Source: a virus (lineage: Duplodnaviria; Caudoviricetes). Taken from it: a DNA stretch of 47,250 nucleotides. Shown piece after piece: positions 1-10,555 of the stretch (positions within the stretch are counted from its first letter, which is position 1; each line of letters opens with the position of its first letter). Location: positions 1 through 47,250 of IMG/VR virus record IMGVR_UViG_3300049930_000030, one strand, 5' to 3'. The notes under the pieces are model-generated. The model did no database searches. It had not been told where the DNA came from and saw only the letters and a program-made list of their open reading frames with translations. The position numbers and the translations under genes were made by a program.

Positions 1-78
1 TGATTCCGAGTTGCAACTTCCCCGCCCTCTGCGCAACAGGGCGTAGGAAGATTAGAAGCACCAGCCAGTAGATGCGGC
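1..78. repeat. Terminal exact repeat of 47173-47250 (circular assembly overlap)
   Basis: 78 nt identical at both ends; an ORF reads continuously across the junction, so the contig is circular (unit about 47172 bp). Confidence 0.95.
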
Positions 79-127
79 GCAGTACGCGCTCCATCCGATC
101 AAGCTGGCGCTTGTTGCTGTTGAACAT
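1..127 (-). CDS. 5' part of an origin-spanning ORF (MFNSNKRQLDRMERVLRRIYWLVLLIFLRP...), continuing in frame at 47172 into the Ig-like protein
   Basis: ATG at 127 with GGAGG RBS, just after the stop of 131..550; 52 codons upstream of and in frame with ATG 47143. Confidence 0.65.
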   Translation of the reverse strand, partial: MFNSNKRQLDRMERVLRRIYWLVLLIFLRPVAQRAGKLQLGI

Positions 128-130
128 AGT

Positions 131-550
131 CTAGCCTCCCTTGCCCGTCTCGCCAAGCATTTTCTTGGCTTCCAGGTCACTGTTGGCCTTGAGCCCGATG
201 ACCAGCTTCTTCTGCGTCGTGTACACCTTGTCCGTCGTAATCCATTGTAGCACAGCCGCGATGATGGCCTTGAAAAGTCCACCGCTGAAAATGCTGGCCG
301 TGGCGATCGGCATGGCGATGAAGGCAGTCGTGCTGTCAACTGCGGCAGCCGGGATGATCGGAACCTCACCCGGAATACCGTGGAAGAAGTTGATGAACTG
401 GGTGATGATTGCAACCACCGCGGTGGCAATCGGGATGAAGCGGTTCGGGAAGGTCGGCCACTGGTGCAGGATGAACCCGCCTACTAGTGCAACGACCATG
501 CCCCAAAGCGTTCCGTCCTTGAGAAGTCCGGCGAGAATTTCCTGTAACAT
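131..550 (-). CDS. Multi-TM membrane protein, holin candidate
   Basis: 139 aa with 2-3 hydrophobic segments and a charged C-terminus; GGAGG RBS; near end of late operon. Confidence 0.55.
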   Translation of the reverse strand: MLQEILAGLLKDGTLWGMVVALVGGFILHQWPTFPNRFIPIATAVVAIITQFINFFHGIPGEVPIIPAAAVDSTTAFIAMPIATASIFSGGLFKAIIAAVLQWITTDKVYTTQKKLVIGLKANSDLEAKKMLGETGKGG

Positions 551-558
551 CGAGCCTC

Positions 559-858
559 CTACCTGTTTGTGCTGCTGCCGTTCCGCACGTTGCGGAACGA
601 TTGGCTGCGGTCAGCAGCCTGTTCATCTTCCAGTTTCTTTGTGCGAATGTCGAGTTGCCGAATCTCTAGTTCCATGATGGCGATTTTCACCCCACGTTCA
701 GAAGCGAGAGATTGCAACGAACGAATGTCGCCCGTGTTTTCTCGCGTCTGCGTGCGGCTGTCTGAGACTGCAATCGCGGCGAGCCCCAGGATGGCAGAGA
801 GCACTACCGTGGTCGCCCATTTACGAATCGAATCAGAACCTTCGCTAAATCCGCTCAT
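559..858 (-). CDS. N-terminal TM plus coiled-coil protein (lysis accessory, i-spanin-like architecture)
   Basis: Start reassigned to MSGFSEG (858) just after upstream stop; TM WATTVVLSAILGLAAIAV then heptad-like region. Confidence 0.55.
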   Translation of the reverse strand: MSGFSEGSDSIRKWATTVVLSAILGLAAIAVSDSRTQTRENTGDIRSLQSLASERGVKIAIMELEIRQLDIRTKKLEDEQAADRSQSFRNVRNGSSTNR

Positions 859-860
859 GT

Positions 861-1115
861 CTACCCCCGAAAAACGCCTTGATAGATTGCAAGGGCGGTC
901 GAAATTCCAGCAATAATCCATCCAATAGTTGCCGTGCTTCCCATTCCTTTGCCCTGCATGACCTTTACAATATCGTTCATTGTTGCACGCCACTCGTTCT
1001 GGTTCGCCAACCGCTCATTGATTGCGGTAAGAGCTTGAACAACGGCCTTGTCGCGCTCGGCCTGCAAAAGACGAAGGTGATCGTCTAGTGGAATTGAAAC
1101 GTCATGCCAGTCCAT
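861..1115 (-). CDS. Small phage protein with C-terminal TM helix
   Basis: 84 aa; TAATG coupling with upstream gene; hydrophobic IGWIIAGISTALAIY. Confidence 0.7.
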   Translation of the reverse strand: MDWHDVSIPLDDHLRLLQAERDKAVVQALTAINERLANQNEWRATMNDIVKVMQGKGMGSTATIGWIIAGISTALAIYQGVFRG

Positions 1116-4100
1116 TACTCGTCCTTTGCCTTGCGGGAGGCAGCCGACTTGATGGCCTTGATCTTAGTCTGATAGGACTTGATCCATTGCTGTAGCTTGC
1201 GATATTCAGCGGGGTCTTTTGTGGCCTTTTGAAGTTCTGTGGCGGTCTTAATCTGCTCGTTCAATTCTACCACTTCTGCCGAGTTCGTGGCAGCAATTCT
1301 AGCGCGAGCCTGCTTTTCCTTGGTACTGATCGCCAGGTCGGACGGGGCAAACGTGCGGTAAGGCAGGCCCGCCGCACCACTTGCAATCTCACGGGCACCG
1401 TACTTACGCGGCGTCTCGGGCTGCTTGGCTGCCGGGATGGGATTGAAACCGCTGGCCAGGTCGTATGCCTCGTTTGGCTGAATGATAGATTCAGCAGCCT
1501 TGCTGAGATAGGTGTTCTGGCGAATGTAGTCAATGGGGGACGGGCGCCGCTTGCCTGCCGGCATCCCGGCTGCGTCGCGCGGCGTGTCGGAACCGTAGTC
1601 GTAGGAATAGCCCTCTTGGGAAAAGGGGCGTCCAAGACCGTTCTTTCCTTCTGCAAACTGACGGGCGTACTGGAAGCCAGGAGTCAAACTGCCCACCGCA
1701 CTTTCAAGCAGCGCGCCCGAACTTGGTTCGATTTGCATTTCGGCGCTGTTCGTGCCCATGCCCGAGAACGGGTTGAAACCCGCCGTTCCAGCGGTGGTCA
1801 CGTTGCCCTGCGCATCGGTGTAGACCGGAAGCTGCCCGAGGCGGTACGACTTCACGTCGGCCGGGTTGATGCCGCTTTCCTGAAACTCTGCCGTCTGGAA
1901 GTCGTTGCCAAGGTTCGCAAGTTGAGCAAGCAACTGCGCCCGGAGCGGGTGAGTGACAGGCAGACGACCCACGAACTTCGTCATGTGAACGAGGAACGAC
2001 TGGAACGGCATCACGGCGCGTGCAGCGTTTCGCTGCCACGGGGCCTGGTTCGCATAGTCGTTGAGGAACTGACTAACTTGGCTTGCAGCCTTGTCCACGC
2101 CGTCCGGCCCAATGAAGCCCATCTTCTCGGCAAGAGACATCGCTTTGTCCATACGCTTGCCAGTTTCGAGCAATGCCTTACGCGACGCAATGCGGTTCAC
2201 ATTGCCACGGAACGCGCCGGCGCGCGACCATTCATCAATGCCCTCGTTGGCGAGGTTGGGCAATCCCGCAATCTTGCGGATCGGGCCAAAGCCGGACGGC
2301 GGGTGAACCATTTCAGTCGCGGCGAATCCGGTGCCGCGGGCAGCCACGGGCACAGCTTCGCCTGACAGCAACGAGCCTGGGGACGCTCCGGCAAGCAGCG
2401 CCATTGGAACATTGCCCACCAGGTTGTTGACGTAGAAGCCGGGGCGCAGCGTGAGCGCCGTGATGCGGAGAAACTGGTTGGGACTATCGAACACGAGACG
2501 CCCGGCCACCTTCGCCGCGCGCGGGAAGGCATCGTACCACCCGCCCATCTGCCCGTGAAGTTCGCTTGCCACATGCTTCGGCACCGCGTAGAACGGACCC
2601 ATTGCCTCCCCGATGTTGGCGGCGTTCTCTGCGTCGCCCACGATCACGGCGCGGGCCGCCTTGTCGAGTGCTTCACTCACGTTGGGCGATTTGAACGCCG
2701 CGTCCACCGCGCTAATTTGCGGGTCGATCGTGCGGGCATACGCACCAGGGGCAAGCAGGCTTTCCTTCGTGTAGTCAATGCCGCCCGAATTGTGAATTGG
2801 GTCGAAGTCCCGCATGTTTTCAACCGGCCGCGACAGGTACGGGTTTTGCGAAATATCGTGCAGGATACCGATGTTCATGTCGCTTTGGTTGCTGGCCCGC
2901 AAGTGGCGTGTGAGCACCTTCGTCGGGTTGCGCTCGTATTCTCCGGTCGCATACGTTCGGCCGGTCGAACGCTGCAACGCGCCCGGCTTGTTCGCGCGAA
3001 ACTCAACAGGCTTGAGCCTGTCCCACCCGGTCGCCTTGTTCGTCGGCTGAATCGGGAAGTAGGTCGGCGGCTCGTGGTGTAGGCGTACTTCGTCAATCAG
3101 ACTGGCCTTCATGCCTTCAAGGGTTGCGTCGTCCACGATCGTGCCGGGGCCAAGAGCTTTAAGTACAGTTTCGCCAGCACGATCATGTAGCCCTGACCAT
3201 TGTTCTGCTTCGCTAAGTGTGGAGCGTTGAAAATCTTCAAATTCTTTGGGGTATGCGCTAGCAAAAGGTCCGGGCGCTCGTGCCGCTTTGACCGCTGCGG
3301 TCTGTGCGTCAAGACGGTCCAACGCCGGGATGCGCCCACGCTTGGCGTCGGCCAACGCGGTAAGTCGAGTTGCACGGCGGTCGAGCGCGTCCGCGTGTCG
3401 CTGCCACCAAGCCGCGTCGCGGGCCTGCTGCCGGGTTTTGCCGAGGTTCTGTGCAATTGTGGTGGGCGCTCCGGGGATGGCAGCACGCGACGCTTCGGCT
3501 TCAAGGTTGGCACCCTCAAGCCCGAGTTCCGCTTTCGTAACGTCCGTGGCCTGGGCAGCCATGCGCGCACGGTTCGGATCGTTGGGATCAAGCCCTTCAA
3601 GTGGGGACAAGCCCTTCTGCGCCTGCTCGCTGCGACCGGCAAAGCGGGCGGCACGCTTCTCCGCAGTCGTGGCGGCCCGCGTCTCGGTGCGAGACTGAGC
3701 AAGTTGAGCCTTGAGGCGGGCGGCGGCAGCTTCCTTCTCGGCGCCCTTGGCCGCCTTGACGAGCGCGGCGTCGCGCATCTTTTCGGCGGTACGGGCGCTT
3801 TTCTCCGTGCCCGTCACATCGTTTACCCTCCGCGGAGCGCCCTCAAACGTTAGCTGCTCCGGGCCGCCAGTCTCAATGCGGAGGGGCTGGTGCGCGCGGC
3901 GGTCGATAATCTCGGGGGTGAGTGTGCCGCGGGCAAGTTCGCCTGCCTGCCGTTCCGCAATGAGTTGCTGGTACGCCTTGACGGCATCAATGAATTCCGG
4001 CCGCGCTCCGGTCGGCCAGGGCGAGGTTCCCTGCACCACGCCGGGAAGATGGTCAAGTTCAGCGGCGTCGAGTTTCCCGACAACCTGCGCAATGCTTGCC

Positions 4101-4930
4101 GGCACGCCCTCGTCCTTAAGCGCGCGTTCCTTGAAGCGGTTGGCAACCAAGTCGCGGGCGTGGTGAATCTGTTCCTGCTCAACCACCCACGGCCCGAAGT
4201 TGCTGTCCGTCTTGAGGGTTTGGTAAATGGCCGCGTTGCGCGCAGCCGGGCTCGTGGCTTCCGAAAACGCCATCGCCTTCTTGGCGATCGTCGTTGCCCC
4301 GAACTTGGCAGCAGCGCGACTGACCAAGGACGAAATGGCAGAGGGAGAATCAAGTGCAAGCCCCGCATCAAGCGCCGTCTCGGTCGGACGGCGAATGAAA
4401 GCCGCACCAGGATTGGTCACTTCCTCGCGGATATTCTTAACGATGTCGTGCGCCGCCATTGGCAGGGCGCGTCCGATCGCACGGCCAGCTTGCAGCATTT
4501 CGAGAACGCCGCGGCCGGGATCGTAGAAGGCATTTGGGAACGCCGGATTCGGTGGGGCGAGCCGGGCAACTTGAGCCACGCCCTCAACGCCAGCGCCAAG
4601 CGCCTGCCCAACACCTGAGAGCATGCCGCCCATTCCTTGCAAGGCGCGGCCCGGCATGTTGGCAAGGTACGGAAGGCCACCCTGCTTTGCCACATCCTCA
4701 GCCACGCCGATGCCGATGCCGATGCCTAAAGGGCCACCAGGGGCGGGAGAAATCGGTTCGTTGAGAGTGGACTTGCCAAGCAAGTCGTTGCGGTTGGCTT
4801 GTGGGGCGGGCGCGGCTTGATGCAGGTACTCAGGATGCTCGTGAGCGATAACCGCAAAGTCATCGTCAGAGACATCATTGAGCACGCCGTTCGGATCGAG
4901 CGATTTCCGCGTCACGCCGAAGTCGGACAT
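1115..4930 (-). CDS. Large internal virion / ejection protein
   Basis: 1271 aa, Ala-rich and helical; last of three genes after the tail genes, the podovirus ejection-protein position. Confidence 0.65.
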   Translation of the reverse strand: MSDFGVTRKSLDPNGVLNDVSDDDFAVIAHEHPEYLHQAAPAPQANRNDLLGKSTLNEPISPAPGGPLGIGIGIGVAEDVAKQGGLPYLANMPGRALQGMGGMLSGVGQALGAGVEGVAQVARLAPPNPAFPNAFYDPGRGVLEMLQAGRAIGRALPMAAHDIVKNIREEVTNPGAAFIRRPTETALDAGLALDSPSAISSLVSRAAAKFGATTIAKKAMAFSEATSPAARNAAIYQTLKTDSNFGPWVVEQEQIHHARDLVANRFKERALKDEGVPASIAQVVGKLDAAELDHLPGVVQGTSPWPTGARPEFIDAVKAYQQLIAERQAGELARGTLTPEIIDRRAHQPLRIETGGPEQLTFEGAPRRVNDVTGTEKSARTAEKMRDAALVKAAKGAEKEAAAARLKAQLAQSRTETRAATTAEKRAARFAGRSEQAQKGLSPLEGLDPNDPNRARMAAQATDVTKAELGLEGANLEAEASRAAIPGAPTTIAQNLGKTRQQARDAAWWQRHADALDRRATRLTALADAKRGRIPALDRLDAQTAAVKAARAPGPFASAYPKEFEDFQRSTLSEAEQWSGLHDRAGETVLKALGPGTIVDDATLEGMKASLIDEVRLHHEPPTYFPIQPTNKATGWDRLKPVEFRANKPGALQRSTGRTYATGEYERNPTKVLTRHLRASNQSDMNIGILHDISQNPYLSRPVENMRDFDPIHNSGGIDYTKESLLAPGAYARTIDPQISAVDAAFKSPNVSEALDKAARAVIVGDAENAANIGEAMGPFYAVPKHVASELHGQMGGWYDAFPRAAKVAGRLVFDSPNQFLRITALTLRPGFYVNNLVGNVPMALLAGASPGSLLSGEAVPVAARGTGFAATEMVHPPSGFGPIRKIAGLPNLANEGIDEWSRAGAFRGNVNRIASRKALLETGKRMDKAMSLAEKMGFIGPDGVDKAASQVSQFLNDYANQAPWQRNAARAVMPFQSFLVHMTKFVGRLPVTHPLRAQLLAQLANLGNDFQTAEFQESGINPADVKSYRLGQLPVYTDAQGNVTTAGTAGFNPFSGMGTNSAEMQIEPSSGALLESAVGSLTPGFQYARQFAEGKNGLGRPFSQEGYSYDYGSDTPRDAAGMPAGKRRPSPIDYIRQNTYLSKAAESIIQPNEAYDLASGFNPIPAAKQPETPRKYGAREIASGAAGLPYRTFAPSDLAISTKEKQARARIAATNSAEVVELNEQIKTATELQKATKDPAEYRKLQQWIKSYQTKIKAIKSAASRKAKDE

Positions 4931-5923
4931 TTAGTGCCCCAGTGCCCAGTACGCCTTACGCTGCGCGAGCGTCCGTTTCGTGTCGCCCGATTCCATGCCC
5001 GCCCGACCCTTGCCGTTCCACGGCTGCTTTGCGGGGGACGCTCCTGGAGCAGCAGCAGTGGGGGCAGCGCCAGCAGCAAGAGCTTTGTCCGTTGCCGGGC
5101 CAGGCTGGTGCGTGAGGGCTGGCATGGGCGGCGTGGCCGGGCGGTTCTCACCCTTGAGCAGTGCGTTATATTCAGCCGAGAGTCGCTGCTGCTGAAAGCC
5201 CTTGGCAACCGTCACGTCGGATTCCGTCAAGCCTTGCTCGCGTGCCTTTCTGTCAATGTCACCATATGCTTTTGCCAATGCGGAACGGTAACGTGCGGCT
5301 AGCTCGGCACGGTTACTTGCAGAGCCAACGCCGCCGCCCGTGCCTGCCGCCTTGCCAGGGATCGTCTGTTTGGTCTTGCGGGCCTCTGCCGCGCGCTTTT
5401 CAAGTTCTTCAACGCGGTTCGCGTGCAGAAGGGCCTGGTCACGGGGGAACTGTTCGTCATGCAGCGCCGCCTTTTTCTCAAGCAGGGTGACGGCAGCCGC
5501 GTGGTTGCCTTCTGACATCTTTTGCCGGGCCGCCGCGTCGTACTGATGTAAGAGCATTTGCGTGCGCAGTGACCGGGCCTTCTCGTAGTCGAGTTGCTTC
5601 CGCGCGGCATACTTGCTTGGGGCGGCGAGTTCTTCCGCGACGGCTTGGTGGGCGGGGGTCGCCGCTCCGGGCTGACGAAGCAGGTTGGCGCCGCTGTTCG
5701 CACCGAGCAGGGCAAAGAACTGCTGCAACGCGCCGGCAGTCTGCGGGGGCGCAGAGGGTGCTTGGAGTTGTGAAATTTGATCTTGCATTTCACGGCTCAC
5801 AGCGTCCATGCCGCCAACGGCAGGATTCATTCCACCGGGCACCTGTTCGCTCTGCTGCATCGGGTCGCCGGGCACGTCGCCAAGCATCGAGTTGCGCATG
5901 AGAAGGGTCGGGTCAAAGCTCAT
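4931..5923 (-). CDS. Internal virion / ejection protein
   Basis: 330 aa, Ala/Gln/Gly-rich and helical; synteny. Confidence 0.55.
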   Translation of the reverse strand: MSFDPTLLMRNSMLGDVPGDPMQQSEQVPGGMNPAVGGMDAVSREMQDQISQLQAPSAPPQTAGALQQFFALLGANSGANLLRQPGAATPAHQAVAEELAAPSKYAARKQLDYEKARSLRTQMLLHQYDAAARQKMSEGNHAAAVTLLEKKAALHDEQFPRDQALLHANRVEELEKRAAEARKTKQTIPGKAAGTGGGVGSASNRAELAARYRSALAKAYGDIDRKAREQGLTESDVTVAKGFQQQRLSAEYNALLKGENRPATPPMPALTHQPGPATDKALAAGAAPTAAAPGASPAKQPWNGKGRAGMESGDTKRTLAQRKAYWALGH

Positions 5924-5926
5924 TGG

Positions 5927-6499
5927 CTAGTACCCCGGATAGAAGGGTGGCGTACGCCCCGGATTACCCCAAGTGCCGCCAGGGTTGCCGCCGTAGTTCG
6001 GCATTGGGTTGCTGTTTACCGGCCCCTTCTGCCCGTTCTGGCCGAGCAGCAGCGGGTAGGCCGACGTGCCGAGTGAGCCAAGGAACGCTTGGAGGCCGGA
6101 CGGATGGAGCGCGTTGAACTCGCCGTGTGCGGTCTGGCCGCTCAGGGTCTTGAACGCAAGTTCCTGGGCGCGTTGGAGAAGGTCGCTTTGTACACCCATA
6201 CGCCCCGAGGCAGCAAGACTCGATGCACCAGCGCCCGCAATCTGGCCGAGGCCGGTGCTGCTCAGGCCGGAGCGTGCCCCTGCCGCAGCGAGCGAGTTCT
6301 GAAACTGGTTCGCACCGAGGTTCGCTTGGTTCGTCATGCCCTGCCCGATCGGGCCGCCGAGCAGCATCTTGTAGTATTGAGCGATCAAGGCTTGAATTTG
6401 TTTTGGATCGTAGGAGGGCGTGTCGGGACGGCCCACCCCGAACAATTGACCAATCGCGGGGAGCAGACCAGCGGCAATTCCAACTGCGGGAAGGGGCAT
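5927..6499 (-). CDS. Small ejection / DNA pilot-like protein
   Basis: 190 aa, Gly/Ala/Gln-rich with hydrophobic N-terminus; GAAAGGA RBS. Confidence 0.6.
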   Translation of the reverse strand: MPLPAVGIAAGLLPAIGQLFGVGRPDTPSYDPKQIQALIAQYYKMLLGGPIGQGMTNQANLGANQFQNSLAAAGARSGLSSTGLGQIAGAGASSLAASGRMGVQSDLLQRAQELAFKTLSGQTAHGEFNALHPSGLQAFLGSLGTSAYPLLLGQNGQKGPVNSNPMPNYGGNPGGTWGNPGRTPPFYPGY

Positions 6500-6533
6500 G
6501 TGGGCAGTCCTTTCGTATTGCTATGATACCACT

Positions 6534-8021
6534 TTAGTAAAGCGGCGTGTAGTTCAACTCAACGCCGATAACGTTGACCGTATCTGTTGAGTCGTCCGAA
6601 CCATCCGTCGTGTCGCGGTCGATCACGATGCGAACGATGTTGTCGGCCGCAACTGTGATGGCACCGAGGCTGCTTTCAAAAACGTTAACGTAGGTCAAAG
6701 GATTGACAATGGCCGTCGTCACGGTTGTGGCAGCACCTACAGGAGAAGCGCCTACTGCGTAGGCCAGTGTACGAAGGCGCATGACGAAGAACGAGTTGAT
6801 TCCAAAACCCACATTGATCATGCGATAGACGATTTTGGCCGTGACCGTACCGCTCGCCCAATCCTTGGGCACCCGCCATTGGTAGAGAATTCCTTGTGGG
6901 CCGACACCAGGCGCGTCCACAAATTGGAACCCTTGGTACATATTGGGATAGGTACCTACCATGCCCGCTGCCATCGATGTACCATTGGCCTGTACCCAAT
7001 CCGCGGAGGGAATGAACACGCGCCGGGTTGGCACCTGCGCGACGGCCGAGATCACACCAGCCGATGAAATTGACCACAGGCTGGCCGCAGCCGGGAACGC
7101 CGCAGGCATGGTGTAGATGTTATCGGAAGTGATCGCGGCCGGAGCCTTGAAGCCGGTGTAGTTGTTGCCTGCGCTAGTTTCTTCAAGGCGTAGCTCGGGG
7201 GTTGCAGGGCCGGCCCCGAGGTACTTCCGAATCCAAATGCGCCCGCGGTTATCCATGTTACCTGTGCCCGACCACGTTGCACGCACACGATTCGTACCGC
7301 TCATGTACCCGGTGTAGATTGTGTAGGGCACGCTGCTGTCTGAGACGAGCACCCACGCCTCAGAACTGTCTTGGCCATAGCCATTGTCTAAGAAGCCGTT
7401 TGCATCTTTGTAGGTATAGATGCGAGCACCAACACAACCGACCTCATCGGCGGTACAGGTTGGTGGGCCAAGATTACTGTTGGTACTGCCCCACGTTAGG
7501 ATTGCCTTGGTTGCTCCGTCTGCGATTCCGAAGTCGGTAGTTTGGTATCCCATACGAATAAATGCTGGAACCGAAATGTCCGTCGAGTTCCCGAGGCTTA
7601 AGCCCCCACGAAAGTCGAACGTCGCAGCATTTCTACCATTTGAATTGAGCATTTGTAGAATGGCCGCGGTTTGCCCTGCCGCCGCCTTGAACAACCCAAC
7701 CACGGTTGCCACCACCGAGCCGATGACGCCGAGCTTTGCGCCTGGGGTGCTCGTGCCGATGCCAACATTCTTGCTGGACACCGTTAAACGAACCGTGTCG
7801 GAACCTTCGTTCGTCCACGGAATGTTGGTCAACAGGTCGTAGTCAAACGCGCCGCCGCCTGTTGGCTGAATAATCGTCGTGCCGCCGTTGGGCGAACGGG
7901 AAAAGTTCATTCCGAGAAAGCGGTCGATGTCCAATGCCCAGTCCACAATGGGACGGATGGCGCTCCGGGTAGCCGCGTCGGCAATGGGCGAGAGTTGTGG
8001 TTTGTTGAATTGACGGGGCAT
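6534..8021 (-). CDS. Tail fibre / receptor-binding protein
   Basis: NVGIGTSTPGAKLGV fibre motif; beta-rich C-terminal domain; follows the nozzle gene. Confidence 0.7.
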   Translation of the reverse strand: MPRQFNKPQLSPIADAATRSAIRPIVDWALDIDRFLGMNFSRSPNGGTTIIQPTGGGAFDYDLLTNIPWTNEGSDTVRLTVSSKNVGIGTSTPGAKLGVIGSVVATVVGLFKAAAGQTAAILQMLNSNGRNAATFDFRGGLSLGNSTDISVPAFIRMGYQTTDFGIADGATKAILTWGSTNSNLGPPTCTADEVGCVGARIYTYKDANGFLDNGYGQDSSEAWVLVSDSSVPYTIYTGYMSGTNRVRATWSGTGNMDNRGRIWIRKYLGAGPATPELRLEETSAGNNYTGFKAPAAITSDNIYTMPAAFPAAASLWSISSAGVISAVAQVPTRRVFIPSADWVQANGTSMAAGMVGTYPNMYQGFQFVDAPGVGPQGILYQWRVPKDWASGTVTAKIVYRMINVGFGINSFFVMRLRTLAYAVGASPVGAATTVTTAIVNPLTYVNVFESSLGAITVAADNIVRIVIDRDTTDGSDDSTDTVNVIGVELNYTPLY

Positions 8022-8023
8022 TG

Positions 8024-10555
8024 TTAGCCTGGATTGTCCGAGAAGCCCTTGCCCGCAATGTCGAGCGCGAAGTATGCAAGGGAGAAGCCCTGGTTCGTGT
8101 CACTCGTGGCCGCCTCAAGGCAGAATGATTCCATTGGCCCGAAGTGCTGGTCGGTACGCTCGAAGGCACCCGTGTTGCTCAAGGTGCTCTGGTCATTGGA
8201 CAGGTTGGCACCCATGCTGGCATCGCGCGATTTGCCTGTCCACCGCTGGCCGCTGGCCGGCGTGATGTAATCGCCCCTCGTCTTTTTGATCCACGGAGTC
8301 ACGGTAAGAATAATGTCCGGGTCGGTGAAGCGCCCGTGCCGCCACCACACACGCTCGACGGTGGCTTGCATCCCAACACCCGTGGGGCACATATCGCGCG
8401 TGACGATCGACATAATCAAGTTGGCGTTCGCGGCAGCGGCGTCCTGCCATCCACGGTCCTCAACGTAGGTTGCACCGTTCGTATGCCCGGTGACGAAGAT
8501 GTGTTTGTTTGCCAAGAACGCAGGCGCTCCGGCAGCAGCAGCGAGGTCGATCGGCCCGGTGACTTTGAGTTTCCCACCCTCAAGCGTTTGGCTCGGGTGG
8601 TAGTGCAAGATCAATCGCTTCGTCGGGCGTGTGCTGCTCTCGTCGCCTGCGGGAACGTACCCGAACACGAGCAAGTGTTCCTTGGGATAGTTCACCAGCC
8701 AGCACGACGAAAGCCTGTCGGCGTTCACCATGCCGTACCAGTCGATGCCGGCGATCAACGTGTCAACGTTGTAGCCGTCCGTGTAATGAATCCCGTTGAG
8801 CGAGACGAACGCGGCCAGGATCGGGCGGCCCGGTGTGGAGAACGTGGCAATCGCGTTGGTGTTCACCACACCCTTGTCGGGCGAAATCTCGTTCTTGATG
8901 CGCCCGGTTTCAAAGAACGAATCTTCCTCTCGCGGAAGCTTGTTGATCTTCCACAAGCACTTCTGCATCCCGATCAGCACGACTTCGCCAAGGGTCCGCA
9001 CGCACGTTACAACGTCCCGGTGCTTGGGATCAATTCGCATACGATACGGCTTTGGGAAATACTCAGGGCGGTCGGGCTGTGAGTAGACAATCTCGCCCGG
9101 CTTGTCCACATCGTTGAGAACCATCTGGCCCTCAAACACGTCGCCGGTGCTCGCGGTCGGGGGCTCGCTGTTTGACGGGTAGAGCACCGTCGTGCCGCCG
9201 CTGATGGGAATGGTGATGAACGGGAACAACTGGCCGAATGGAATATTGTTCACGCCGGACGTGCTGAACACCTGAATACGAACGTAGTCGATTGAGAGCG
9301 AAATGGCCGACGTGGCAACGATGTGGACGCCGAAGGTCGCTGCGTTTACGTCTGCCGCGGTGTAAGTGCCGGGGGCGCTGCCAAACAAGTCGCCGTCGCC
9401 ACCGAACGATTCAATCTTGTAACTGGCAGAGTTGATAAGCAGCGTCTTGGCCGTTCCAATCACGGTCGGCACAGCCTTGCAAATGCCGACGCTGATGTTG
9501 CTCGTGACAGCCTTGTACTTGATTTCAACGCGAATACCGGTTACAACGCCGGAAACTGCAAGGCCATAATTGGATGTGTCAAGCGTCTGGCCGGTGGCGA
9601 ACGTGGTGTTCACACCGTCGTCAACCTTGGCGTTGTTTGGGTTGGTCGCCGTGCCGCTGGCAGTGCCGGGGACGTTGAAGTTTTGCAGCGTCACAGCACC
9701 AACAACTGTGGAAGCCTGTCCAATGGGCGCCTGAGCCACGAGTTTGAACAACGAGAGCGGTGGGTTTGGCGGCCGGTTCACCTGGACTGGATCAATTTCA
9801 CCGATCGGCCCGGCCATGTAGACGCGGCGGGCCTGAATAATTCCCGTGGCCGTATCGCCGTACTGGCCCAGGTTCGTTTGGGCGGGAAACGTAACCTGGA
9901 CCGAGTTCGCCGTTGAGTTAACGTTGATGGCCGCGAAGGTTTCGCCTTCCCACGCGCTCTCTAAGAAGTATGGTGCAGTCTCGCCTGACTCGTCCGTAAC
10001 TTCGGTGGTGATGAAGAAGTACCAGCCGAGCGGGAAGTCCTCGTTGTTCGGCCAGCTTCCAGTGACCAGCGCAAGCGCGGGTGGTGACACCACCGGAGCG
10101 AGCCCGTGACGCCGCACGGTGTTGTTTCCAAGGAACGCAAGGTTGCGCCCGAGCAAATCGCCCGTGGTCGTGTTTGCCCCGATGAGCAGAACGTGGCGGT
10201 CTTGGAAGTAGACGGAATCCAAGCCGGTCGGGATGGCGATGGCATCGGCAAAGTCGGTCCACGTTCCGGTTTCCGCAGTGAATGGTGACACGGACAACAC
10301 GCCCGCCGCTCCGGTCGAGCGAACCTGAACGAGCCGCGCCGTAATGGAATCAAACTCCATATACTTGAGGCCGAGCACAGCCTGGGCCTGGGTTGCGCTG
10401 TACGCCGCGCGGCCACGGTGCTTGTAAAGCGCCGGGTTCTCAGGCTTGTGGTAGCAGTTGTTGGCACGCGCAAGCTCGCCGGGGCGCAGCAGCGAGCGGT
10501 CGCGGCTGTTGACCAGGCCACCGTCCAGCATTTCAACTGCGGGGGTTGAACTCAT
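8024..10555 (-). CDS. Tail nozzle / tubular protein B (P22 gp10 / T7 gp12-like)
   Basis: Start at MSSTPAV (TAATG coupling); N-terminal GGLVNSRDRSLLRPGELARANN motif typical of podovirus nozzles; 843 aa, beta-rich. Confidence 0.7.
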   Translation of the reverse strand: MSSTPAVEMLDGGLVNSRDRSLLRPGELARANNCYHKPENPALYKHRGRAAYSATQAQAVLGLKYMEFDSITARLVQVRSTGAAGVLSVSPFTAETGTWTDFADAIAIPTGLDSVYFQDRHVLLIGANTTTGDLLGRNLAFLGNNTVRRHGLAPVVSPPALALVTGSWPNNEDFPLGWYFFITTEVTDESGETAPYFLESAWEGETFAAINVNSTANSVQVTFPAQTNLGQYGDTATGIIQARRVYMAGPIGEIDPVQVNRPPNPPLSLFKLVAQAPIGQASTVVGAVTLQNFNVPGTASGTATNPNNAKVDDGVNTTFATGQTLDTSNYGLAVSGVVTGIRVEIKYKAVTSNISVGICKAVPTVIGTAKTLLINSASYKIESFGGDGDLFGSAPGTYTAADVNAATFGVHIVATSAISLSIDYVRIQVFSTSGVNNIPFGQLFPFITIPISGGTTVLYPSNSEPPTASTGDVFEGQMVLNDVDKPGEIVYSQPDRPEYFPKPYRMRIDPKHRDVVTCVRTLGEVVLIGMQKCLWKINKLPREEDSFFETGRIKNEISPDKGVVNTNAIATFSTPGRPILAAFVSLNGIHYTDGYNVDTLIAGIDWYGMVNADRLSSCWLVNYPKEHLLVFGYVPAGDESSTRPTKRLILHYHPSQTLEGGKLKVTGPIDLAAAAGAPAFLANKHIFVTGHTNGATYVEDRGWQDAAAANANLIMSIVTRDMCPTGVGMQATVERVWWRHGRFTDPDIILTVTPWIKKTRGDYITPASGQRWTGKSRDASMGANLSNDQSTLSNTGAFERTDQHFGPMESFCLEAATSDTNQGFSLAYFALDIAGKGFSDNPG

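Noticed and set aside
6534-8021. Diversity-generating retroelement targeting the fibre
   Set aside because: No reverse transcriptase and no template/variable repeat pair seen
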